Positions 1 to 7,551 of a DNA stretch of 14,609 bases are shown here, in pieces; position 1 is the stretch's first letter, and each line of letters opens with the position of its first letter. Source of the stretch: a bacterium (GTDB lineage: Bacteria > Acidobacteriota > Blastocatellia > HR10). Where the stretch lies: contig JBEPZV010000058.1 in assembly GCA_041640655.1 (NCBI GenBank), positions 1 through 14,609 of the forward strand, given 5' to 3'. The translations under genes were made by a program, and so were the position numbers. The notes below the pieces were generated by a model, which did no database searches, had not been told where the DNA came from, and worked only from the letters and a program-made list of their open reading frames with translations.

Positions 1-3000
1 GAGATCGCCGAGACCGTTGAGGTGACCGCCGGAGCCGGCGTGGAGTTGCAGACCGTGGATGCGACGGTCGGAAACGTCCTCAAAGGAGAAACGCTCCTGC
101 GCTTGCCCAACATCAATCGCAGCGCCGTCTCGATCTACCTGCTGCAACCGCTGACGATGCCGTATCGAGGCGTGGGCGTCAATGACAACGTGGGCGGGCA
201 GGTCGCCGGCGCGCGCAGCGATCAGAACACGTTCATCCTCGATGGCGTGGACATCACCGATAACACGGTGGGCACGCACCCGGTGAAACCCTTGAGCAGC
301 GGGCCAGAGCCGATCATCCCCGTCCCGGTCGAGAGCATTGAGGAGTTCCGCGTGGGCACGACCAATCCCAATGCGACGTTCGGCCGCAGCTCGGGTGGGC
401 AGATCGCTTTCGTCACCAAGCGCGGGACGAATGACTTCCACGGCTCGGCCTACTGGTATCATCAGAACGACAACTTGAACGCGAACACGTGGACGCGGAA
501 CCGAACGGGGCAGAAGGATCCCGAGTTGAAGGATAACCGCTTCGGCTTCTCCGCCGGAGGGCCGATTGTGAGGAATCGAACGTTCTTCTTCGCCAACTAC
601 GAAGGGCGGCGATTCCCGCGATCCGAGGACATCGTGCGCGTCGTGCCGACGGAGACCTTGCGTGCCGGGATCCTGCGCTTCCGCGATGCGAGCGGCCAGA
701 TCATCAGCTACGATCTGAAGACCTCGCGATTGTGTGGGCCGGCGAATTCCGATCCCTGCGATCCGCGCGGCATCGGTCTGAATCCGGTGGTCAAGGCGTT
801 GTGGGACCTGCTCCCGCCCGGGAACGATCCCTCCGTGGGCGATGGGTTGAATACGATCGGTTTTCGAGGCGTGGCCGATGCCTCGATCACCAACGACTTC
901 GCCGTCCTGCGCCTGGATCATCACCTGACGGATCGCTGGCGCCTGGAGGCGAGCTATCGGTACTTCCGGCAGATCGCAGCCTCACCGACGCAATTGGATA
1001 TCGGGGGGCTCTTGCAGGGGAACACCAAGGGCGTTCCGGCCTCACTGGCCAAGGTCCCGGTGCAGCCGCGGTTGGTCACGGCTGGACTGATCGGACAGAT
1101 CACCCCGCATGTGACCAACGAGTTCCGTTTCTCCTTCCAGCGCAACTTCTGGTGGCTGCAACGCGTCTCTCCGTTCCCGCAGGTGTCCGGCACAAACGTG
1201 GCGCTTCAGGTCGCCGGTCACCCTGCTTTCGGCGGGTTGGTCTCCGAGCCCATTGATGTGCACACGCAGGTCGCGCGCACGCAAGGGGTCAACGATCACG
1301 TGACGCAGTTTGTGGACAACGTGACCTGGATCAAGGGGCGGCACACGATGCAGATGGGGACTTCGATCCGGCGACTCAAGCTCTATCACCTGCGCGATGA
1401 TAAAGTCGTGGGGTCGCTGGCCGCGCTCGTGGCCGAGCTGGACGTAGCCGGAGCCGTCACGATCCCGCCCGCCCATCGCCCGCCGAGCTGTTCGGAGACG
1501 GTGCGAACAAACTGCCTGCAGCCGGGCGATGTGACCCGGTGGAATCGCCTCTACGCTGGTGCGCTCGGGATCATTGACAACGTCGGCGTCATGATCGTGC
1601 GCGATGGGAGGTTGAATCCGCGCCCGATCGGAACGCCTCTGGAGGTGGATGCCCGCATCAACGCCTATGAGTTTTACTTCAATGACGTCTGGCGCCTTCG
1701 CCCCTCGCTGACGCTCACGCTCGGCGCGAGTTACCAGTGGCAAACGCCACCGGTGGAGAAGGACGGACGACAGACCTTCTTGATCGAGCAAGCGACAGGG
1801 CGAATCCTGACCTCGAGCCAATACTTCGCCGAGCGACGGCAGGCGGCGCTGCGCGGGGAGATCTACAATCCGGCGCTCGCCTTCCAACCCATTCGCAATT
1901 CCGGACGAGATCGCATCTTCGATATTGATCGAACGAACTTCGGCCCACGCGTGGCCGTGGCGTGGAACCCCTCGTTCGAACGCGGCCTCGGGGGAGCCCT
2001 CTTCGGGAATCGCAAGGGGGTGATCCGCGCCGGATACGGGATCGTCTTCGATCGGTTGAACACGGTCCAGACGATCGTCATTCCGCTGCTGGGCGTCGGA
2101 TTCGCCCAGACGATCAACTGTCGGGGCCCGCGGATCGGAGGCATCTGCGCGGGGAACAATGATCCCTCCAACGCCTTCCGCATCGGCGTGGATGGACCGG
2201 CCCCGATCCCCACGATCCCCGCGGTGAGACCACCGGTCGTGCCGAGCATCCCCTTCGGGGAGATCCTCTCCTTCCAAGTTGATCCCGACATCAAGGTCGG
2301 ACGCTCGCACAGCCTCGATCTCACGATCCAGAGAGAGCTGCCCGGCAACTTCCTCGTCGAATTCGGATACGCCGGACGACTGGGACGAAATCTGAACCAG
2401 AACGTGCAGTTGAGCGCCGTGCCATTCTTCATGCGCGATCGTGCGACGCGGCAGACCTTCGCACAAGCCTTCGACGCCGTGGCCGAACAACTGCGGGCGG
2501 GTGTGGCTCCGGATCGCGTGACTCCGCAGCCCTGGTTCGAGAACCTCTTGGGTCCTGGAGGGACGGTCCGCGTCGCGACAGCGCGGACGGCCGCCTTCCG
2601 CGACGGTTTGCTGAACGATCTGTGGACGTTCATCCAAACCTCGCTCCTGGTCGCCGGACAGCCGACGATCACCAATATGCAGGTGCTTGATCTCTGGATG
2701 CGCACCGATGGCGGACGATCGAACTACCACTCGTTCTTCCTCACCGTGCGAAAGGCCTTCTCGCGCAATCTCACCTTTGATGTGAACTACACACTCTCGA
2801 AAGCCCTGGATCAGGCTGGGCTCATTCAAAACTTCATCGGCACGTTCTCCTCATCCTATGACCCCGACATCGACTACGGTCCGGCTTTCTTCGACCGCCG
2901 TCACGTGGTGAATGCGCTGGGATTCTACGAACTCCCCTTCGGGCGGGGGCAACGCTGGGTGACCAACACCTGGTTCGACAAAGTCATCGGTGGATGGCAC

Positions 3001-3519
3001 GTATCCGGGATCTTCACGGCCAATAGCGGACTGCCGCTCACCGTCGTGCAGAGCAATCAGGTCTGGGGCGGTGATCCGCTGAACTTCTCCGTGGGCGCCG
3101 GCGCGATCCCACTTCGTAAGCCCGACTTTCCGAACACCGTGCATAAGGGCGTAGCCGGCTCCGGTGGTGTCGGCACAGCTGGCGATCCCAAGCGGGGTGG
3201 CACGGGCCTGAATCTCTTCGCCAATCCTGAAGCCGTGCTCAACAGCTTCCGAAAGATCCGCATCAGTGAGGATGGACGGCAGGGTCGTGGCGTGCTCCGC
3301 GGCTTGCCCCGATGGAACCTGGACCTCTCCATCGGGAAGAAGACGGCGATCACCGAGAGCGTGCGCCTGGTCTTCACCTGTGACCTGCTGAACGTCTTCA
3401 ACCGCTTGGAGCTGGCCGATCCCACGCTCAGCCTGCTCGACCCGGCCTCGTTCGGTGTCTTGACCACGCAGTTCAATACGCCTCGATTCATTCAGCTCGG
3501 CTTTCGTATCGAGTGGTAG
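1..3519 (+). CDS. TonB-dependent receptor, Oar-like; 5'-truncated by the window edge
   Basis: Frame 1 is open from base 1 (EIAETVEVTAG...), so the GTG at 22 is not the true start. TonB-box-like ETVEVTA; plug motifs GARSDQNTFILDGVD and ESIEEFRV..NATFGRSSGG..VTKRGTNDFHGS; barrel motifs NRFGFSAGGPI and NFGPRVAVAW; C-terminal strand PRFIQLGFRIEW. Confidence 0.93.
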   Translation, partial: EIAETVEVTAGAGVELQTVDATVGNVLKGETLLRLPNINRSAVSIYLLQPLTMPYRGVGVNDNVGGQVAGARSDQNTFILDGVDITDNTVGTHPVKPLSSGPEPIIPVPVESIEEFRVGTTNPNATFGRSSGGQIAFVTKRGTNDFHGSAYWYHQNDNLNANTWTRNRTGQKDPELKDNRFGFSAGGPIVRNRTFFFANYEGRRFPRSEDIVRVVPTETLRAGILRFRDASGQIISYDLKTSRLCGPANSDPCDPRGIGLNPVVKALWDLLPPGNDPSVGDGLNTIGFRGVADASITNDFAVLRLDHHLTDRWRLEASYRYFRQIAASPTQLDIGGLLQGNTKGVPASLAKVPVQPRLVTAGLIGQITPHVTNEFRFSFQRNFWWLQRVSPFPQVSGTNVALQVAGHPAFGGLVSEPIDVHTQVARTQGVNDHVTQFVDNVTWIKGRHTMQMGTSIRRLKLYHLRDDKVVGSLAALVAELDVAGAVTIPPAHRPPSCSETVRTNCLQPGDVTRWNRLYAGALGIIDNVGVMIVRDGRLNPRPIGTPLEVDARINAYEFYFNDVWRLRPSLTLTLGASYQWQTPPVEKDGRQTFLIEQATGRILTSSQYFAERRQAALRGEIYNPALAFQPIRNSGRDRIFDIDRTNFGPRVAVAWNPSFERGLGGALFGNRKGVIRAGYGIVFDRLNTVQTIVIPLLGVGFAQTINCRGPRIGGICAGNNDPSNAFRIGVDGPAPIPTIPAVRPPVVPSIPFGEILSFQVDPDIKVGRSHSLDLTIQRELPGNFLVEFGYAGRLGRNLNQNVQLSAVPFFMRDRATRQTFAQAFDAVAEQLRAGVAPDRVTPQPWFENLLGPGGTVRVATARTAAFRDGLLNDLWTFIQTSLLVAGQPTITNMQVLDLWMRTDGGRSNYHSFFLTVRKAFSRNLTFDVNYTLSKALDQAGLIQNFIGTFSSSYDPDIDYGPAFFDRRHVVNALGFYELPFGRGQRWVTNTWFDKVIGGWHVSGIFTANSGLPLTVVQSNQVWGGDPLNFSVGAGAIPLRKPDFPNTVHKGVAGSGGVGTAGDPKRGGTGLNLFANPEAVLNSFRKIRISEDGRQGRGVLRGLPRWNLDLSIGKKTAITESVRLVFTCDLLNVFNRLELADPTLSLLDPASFGVLTTQFNTPRFIQLGFRIEW

Positions 3520-3526
3520 CGGAACA

Positions 3527-3556
3527 AGGGGCGGAGAGGCGTTTCCTCCCGCCCCT
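3527..3556 (+). terminator. GC-rich hairpin after the receptor gene, possible terminator or 3' stabiliser
   Basis: AGGGGCGG-a-GAGG cgttt CCTC-CCGCCCCT: 12 bp with one bulged A, 7 nt after the stop. No U-tract. Confidence 0.5.
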
Positions 3557-3816
3557 GCCAAAGGGCCGATACCCGGCTGAGGGGAGAACACAGATGTTCG
3601 CCCTTGGGCGTTCACGGTGGGACGAACTTGTAAAAAAGCTGGAAATTCGCAACAATATTGACCCTATGTCATGGCTATTCGGATGGCAAAAGTGGTGCGG
3701 CCCGTCGAGAAAGCGCTGCAGGATCTTCCGAGAAATTCTGAAGGGGCGGGGCGGCCTGAAGGGGAAGCTTTTGAGGCCCAAAATCGTCTTTCGATCGGCT
3801 GAACGATACGACATTG

Positions 3817-3831
3817 TGTCAATTGCTGACA
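3817..3831. promoter_or_regulatory. Candidate upstream activator sequence for a sigma54 enhancer-binding protein
   Basis: Perfect dyad TGTCA-attgc-TGACA, 80-95 bp upstream of the -24 GG. Confidence 0.5.
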
Positions 3832-3870
3832 AAAGCGCAATCCGATCGGGAGGTGAGAGAAGCCTTACGG

Positions 3871-3883
3871 TTTCAATGGATTA
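3871..3883 (+). promoter_or_regulatory. IHF-like binding site
   Basis: TTTCAATGGATTA has one mismatch to WATCARNNNNTTR and lies between the dyad and the sigma54 promoter, the usual IHF position. Confidence 0.4.
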
Positions 3884-3908
3884 GGGCGATCGCGCCGCTC
3901 GCTCTTCT

Positions 3909-3925
3909 CCGGCACGTCGTTTGCA
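3909..3925 (+). promoter_or_regulatory. Sigma54 (RpoN) -24/-12 promoter for the small ORF and glnA
   Basis: CCGGCACGTCGTTTGCA vs consensus YTGGCACGRNNNTTGCW; GG (3911-3912) and GC (3923-3924) are separated by exactly 10 nt; glnA is a classic sigma54 target. Confidence 0.85.
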
Positions 3926-3967
3926 TAACTTGTTCAGGTTGAGCTCTTTCTGGGAGAGGAGCGACCG

Positions 3968-4174
3968 ATGAGAGATGAATATGGGGAGATCATGCGGTTC
4001 CTCCTCCATTTTCGGGAGCGTTTCCCCACGGAGGAGGAGTTCCGGGCATTCTTGGCGGAGGAGGTTCGGCGGTTCGTCAAGGATGTCCGGGACTATGACA
4101 TTGTGATCTCGATCTTACCTGAGTGCCTCAGGCCGAGATCGGTGTTTGTGAGGGAAGGGCATCATCGCTTCTGA
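3968..4174 (+). CDS. Hypothetical small protein (68 aa) upstream of glnA
   Basis: SD GAGGAG at 3956-3961 shortly before the ATG; first ORF after the sigma54 promoter; overlaps no other credible gene; amphipathic-helix pattern (PTEEEFRAFLAEEVRRFVKDV). Confidence 0.65.
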   Translation: MRDEYGEIMRFLLHFRERFPTEEEFRAFLAEEVRRFVKDVRDYDIVISILPECLRPRSVFVREGHHRF

Positions 4175-4264
4175 GGTCTCTCGCTATCAGAGGGGGGCTT
4201 CGGGAGAGCGTCTCGGGTCTTCGGGCGCACGTGTGATATTTTCGATGAGGTGAGGAGGGAGATT

Positions 4265-5650
4265 ATGACGCCACAGAAAGTTCTCGAATATGCGCGCGAG
4301 CATGGGGCGAAGTATGTGGACATTCGCTTCACGGATCTGGTGGGGCAATGGCAGCATATGACGTTCCCGATCGAGCAGTTGAAGGAGGAGAGCTTCGAAG
4401 AGGGCTTCGGCTTCGATGGGTCGAGCATTCGGGGATGGGCGGCGATTCATGAGAGCGACATGTTGCTTGTCCCGGATGCGCGATGGTATTGGATGGATCC
4501 GTTCTACGAGGAGCCGACGCTCTGTTTGATCGGGGATGCCGTGGATCCGATCACGCGGCAGGGGTATGAGTACGATCCGCGGGGAGTCGCCAAGCGGGCG
4601 GAGGCGTACATGCGGTTCACGGGGATTGCGGATGAGGCGTATTTCGGACCGGAGGTGGAATTCTTCATCTTCGATGAGGTGCGATACGAGGTGGACGGTG
4701 TGCGCAGCGGCTATGAGGTGCGAAGCGAGGAGTGGGGCGAGGGCGGTTATCGCATGCGCGGGAAGGAGGGGTATGTGCCGATCCCGCCGGTGGATCGGTT
4801 GCAGGACGTGCGGACGGAGATCGCTGGGCGGCTGCAGCAGATCGGGATCAAGGTGGAGTGTCATCACCATGAGGTGGCCAGTGGGGGGCAGGGCGAAGTG
4901 GACTTCCGCTACGGGGGGCTGGTGGAGACGGCCGATCACGTGATGGCCTTCAAGTACATCGTGCGACAGGTCGCCTGGCGGCGAGGGAAAGTGGCCACGT
5001 TCATGCCGAAGCCGGTGTTCGGGGATAATGGCAGCGGCATGCACTGCCATCAATCGCTGTGGAAGGGCGGGCGTCCGCTCTTCGCTGGCGAGGGCTATGC
5101 GGGACTCTCACAGGAAGCGCTCTGGTACATTGGGGGATTGCTGCGACATGGGCCGGCGTTGGCGGCGTTCGTGGCGCCGACGACCAACAGTTATCGCCGA
5201 TTGGTGCCTGGGTTCGAAGCACCGGTGAACCTCGCCTACTCGCGGCGGAATCGAAGTGCCGCGGTTCGCATCCCTATGTATTCGGCCAATCCCGCGGCGA
5301 AGCGCTTGGAGTTCCGGCCGCCGGATCCGAGCTGCAATCCCTATCTCGCCTTCGCGGCGATGCTGATGGCGGGCTTGGATGGCATTCAGCAGCGGATCGA
5401 GCCGGGCGAACCGCTGGATCGAGACATCTACGACATGAGTCCGGAAGAGTTGAAGGATGTGCCGAAACTCCCGGGTTCGCTCGAGGAGGCTCTGGAAGCG
5501 CTCGAGCGCGATCACGAATTCCTGCTCAAAGGCGATGTCTTCACCCCAGCGCTGATCGAACGGTGGATCCGATACAAGCGCGAGCGCGAAGTGGATGCCG
5601 TGCGCTTGCGCCCGCATCCGATGGAGTTCTACCTCTATCTGGACGTGTGA
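4265..5650 (+). CDS. glnA: Glutamine synthetase type I (GSI-beta-like), 461 aa
   Basis: Motifs [86 protein letters not shown]; adenylylation loop DIYDMSPEE. Start moved to ATG 4265, which follows SD GAGGAGG at 4252-4258. Confidence 0.98.
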   Translation: MTPQKVLEYAREHGAKYVDIRFTDLVGQWQHMTFPIEQLKEESFEEGFGFDGSSIRGWAAIHESDMLLVPDARWYWMDPFYEEPTLCLIGDAVDPITRQGYEYDPRGVAKRAEAYMRFTGIADEAYFGPEVEFFIFDEVRYEVDGVRSGYEVRSEEWGEGGYRMRGKEGYVPIPPVDRLQDVRTEIAGRLQQIGIKVECHHHEVASGGQGEVDFRYGGLVETADHVMAFKYIVRQVAWRRGKVATFMPKPVFGDNGSGMHCHQSLWKGGRPLFAGEGYAGLSQEALWYIGGLLRHGPALAAFVAPTTNSYRRLVPGFEAPVNLAYSRRNRSAAVRIPMYSANPAAKRLEFRPPDPSCNPYLAFAAMLMAGLDGIQQRIEPGEPLDRDIYDMSPEELKDVPKLPGSLEEALEALERDHEFLLKGDVFTPALIERWIRYKREREVDAVRLRPHPMEFYLYLDV

Positions 5651-5687
5651 CCTCGGTGGCCATGGGCGTTCCGGTGGAATGGAGGAT

Positions 5688-5720
5688 CTCCGGCTCGCTC
5701 CGATGAGGGGCGGGCCGGAG
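5688..5720 (+). terminator. 14-bp hairpin downstream of glnA
   Basis: CTCCGGCTCGCTCC gatga GGGGCGGGCCGGAG; the two imperfect pairs are G-U on the + strand, favouring that strand. No U-tract. Confidence 0.6.
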
Positions 5721-5782
5721 CCGCCGGTCGTCCGTGAGTCCTCCTCAGACGAATCTGCAGCGACATCTCCACGGCCCGCTCA

Positions 5783-5811
5783 TTGCTCGCGCTGAAGCGA
5801 GCCGATACAAT
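5783..5811 (+). promoter_or_regulatory. Sigma70-type promoter for panBC
   Basis: TTGCTC (5783-5788), 17-nt spacer, TACAAT (5806-5811), about 33 nt before the panB ATG. Confidence 0.65.
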
Positions 5812-5844
5812 GTATGGTCTGCTCGCGCAGCGAGGGGCACCGTT

Positions 5845-6693
5845 ATGGCGCGCATTACCATTCAGGATCTGAAGGCCATGAAGGGGCGGGGTGAGAAGAT
5901 CGTCATGCTCACCGCCTACGATTACTCCATGGCCCGATTGTTGGACGAGGTGGGGATTCCGGTTCTCCTGGTCGGCGACAGTGTGGGCATGGTGGTGCTC
6001 GGTTACGAGACGACGCTTCCCGTCACGGTGGAGGAGATGCTTCACCACGTGAAGGCGGTCGTGCGCGGCAGCCGCCGCGCTCATGTCGTCGCCGATATGC
6101 CGTTTCTCAGTTACCAAACGGGTCCTGAGGAGGCCGTGCGCCAGGCCGGGCGCTTTCTGAAAGAGGGCGGCGCGCAATCGGTGAAGCTGGAGGGCGGTCG
6201 TGAGATCGTCCCCATCGTCCGTCGTCTCGTGCAGGCGGGCATTCCGGTCATGGGGCATGTGGGGCTCACCCCTCAGGCGATCCATCAGTTGGGCGGCTAT
6301 CGCGTTCAGGGGCGGGACCGCGAGGCGGCGCTTCGGCTCCTTCAGGACGCGATGGCTCTGGAAGAAGCCGGCGCGTATGCGCTCATCTTGGAAGCGATCC
6401 CGGCTCCTCTGGCGCGCGCGATCACCGAGCGGGTGAAGATTCCGACCATCGGCATCGGTGCCGGTCCCTGGTGCGATGGTCAGGTGCAGGTGATTCACGA
6501 CCTCCTCGGCCTCTATCCCGACCTGGCGCCCAAGCATACGAAGCTCTACGCGCGCTTGGGGGAAGCGATTCGTGAGGCGGTCATGGCCTATGTGCGCGAG
6601 GTCCAGGAGGGGGTCTTCCCCGGGCCAGAGCAGAGTCACGCTATGGACGAGACGGTTTTGGCCGAGGTGCTCGCTCTGGCCGATGCCTCGTGA
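5845..6693 (+). CDS. panB: 3-methyl-2-oxobutanoate hydroxymethyltransferase, 282 aa
   Basis: KIVMLTAYDY, LLVGDSVGM, VADMPFLSY, VKLEGG, GIPVMGHVGLTPQ, PTIGIGAG..CDGQV. Start moved from 5734 to ATG 5845 (SD GAGGGG 5832-5837). Confidence 0.97.
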   Translation: MARITIQDLKAMKGRGEKIVMLTAYDYSMARLLDEVGIPVLLVGDSVGMVVLGYETTLPVTVEEMLHHVKAVVRGSRRAHVVADMPFLSYQTGPEEAVRQAGRFLKEGGAQSVKLEGGREIVPIVRRLVQAGIPVMGHVGLTPQAIHQLGGYRVQGRDREAALRLLQDAMALEEAGAYALILEAIPAPLARAITERVKIPTIGIGAGPWCDGQVQVIHDLLGLYPDLAPKHTKLYARLGEAIREAVMAYVREVQEGVFPGPEQSHAMDETVLAEVLALADAS

Positions 6694-6702
6694 GGCGTCG
6701 CC

Positions 6703-7542
6703 ATGCGCGTCGTGCGCACGCTGAGTGAGATGCGGGAGGCGCGAGCCGCGCTGCGCGGCCGCGTGGGATTCGTCCCCACGATGGGATACCTCCACGAAGG
6801 CCATCTCTCATTGATTCGTCGCGCTCGCGCCGAGTGCGAGGCCGTCGTCGTGAGCATCTTCGTCAATCCCACGCAGTTCGGCCCGGGGGAGGATTATGAG
6901 CGTTATCCCCGCGATGAGGCGCGCGATCTCGCTCTGTTGGAGCGGGAGGCCGTAGATGTGGTCTTCGTTCCCACGGTCGAGGAGATGTATCCCCCGGGGT
7001 TCAGCACGTGGGTCGAGGTGACCGGTCCTTTGGCGGAACGGCTGGAAGGGGCGAGTCGTCCGGGGCATTTCCGCGGCGTCGCGACGGTCGTCCTCAAGCT
7101 CTTTCATCTGGTGCAGCCCCATCGCGCGTACTTCGGTGAGAAGGACGCCCAGCAGCTTCGCATCATTCGACGCATGACGACCGATCTCAATCTGCCGATT
7201 GAGATCGTCGCCTGTCCCATCGTGCGCGAACCGGATGGGGTGGCGCTGTCCAGTCGCAATGTCTACCTCTCACCCATGGAGCGGGAGCACGCGCGGGCGC
7301 TCTCGCGCTCGTTGGCCCTGGCGCGTCGTCTCATCCTCGAGGAGGGAGTGCGAGAGGCCGCCGAGGTGCGGCGGCGCCTGCAGGAATATTTGCGCGCGGC
7401 GCCCGGGGTGGCGCTCGACTATGTGAGCTTGGCGCATCCAGAGACGTTGGAAGAGGTGGAACGAATCGAAGGTCCGGTTCTCGTACTCGTCGCCGCGCGA
7501 GTCGGTTCGGCGCGGTTGATTGATAATGCCCTCATTCCGTGA
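6703..7542 (+). CDS. panC: Pantoate-beta-alanine ligase
   Basis: [59 protein letters not shown]; 9 nt after the panB stop with SD GAGG. Confidence 0.97.
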   Translation: MRVVRTLSEMREARAALRGRVGFVPTMGYLHEGHLSLIRRARAECEAVVVSIFVNPTQFGPGEDYERYPRDEARDLALLEREAVDVVFVPTVEEMYPPGFSTWVEVTGPLAERLEGASRPGHFRGVATVVLKLFHLVQPHRAYFGEKDAQQLRIIRRMTTDLNLPIEIVACPIVREPDGVALSSRNVYLSPMEREHARALSRSLALARRLILEEGVREAAEVRRRLQEYLRAAPGVALDYVSLAHPETLEEVERIEGPVLVLVAARVGSARLIDNALIP

Positions 7543-7551
7543 AGTGGATGT

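Noticed and set aside
1042..2829. 595-aa antisense ORF, and similar long shadow ORFs (4187-5053, 5635-6804, 8726-9604, 11029-12072, 12142-13581)
   Set aside because: They lie opposite well-supported genes, show no recognisable motifs, and are expected from codon bias in high-GC DNA.
3743..3764. G-quadruplex from GGGG tracts
   Set aside because: Only three long G-tracts plus a GG; unremarkable at this GC content.
3817..3822. Minus-strand TTGACA as a sigma70 -35
   Set aside because: No -10-like hexamer at 16-18 nt spacing; it is better explained as half of the dyad.
4175..4264. Glutamine (glnA motif) riboswitch or attenuator before glnA; two CTTCGG words
   Set aside because: Only weak G-U-rich stems, the UUCG words do not cap good helices, and no three-way junction is evident.
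5734..5844. Longer ORF-track starts for panB (5734), glnA (4250) and the S9 peptidase (13083)
   Set aside because: The extensions lack family similarity and run through promoter or SD elements; the downstream ATGs have clear SD sequences.
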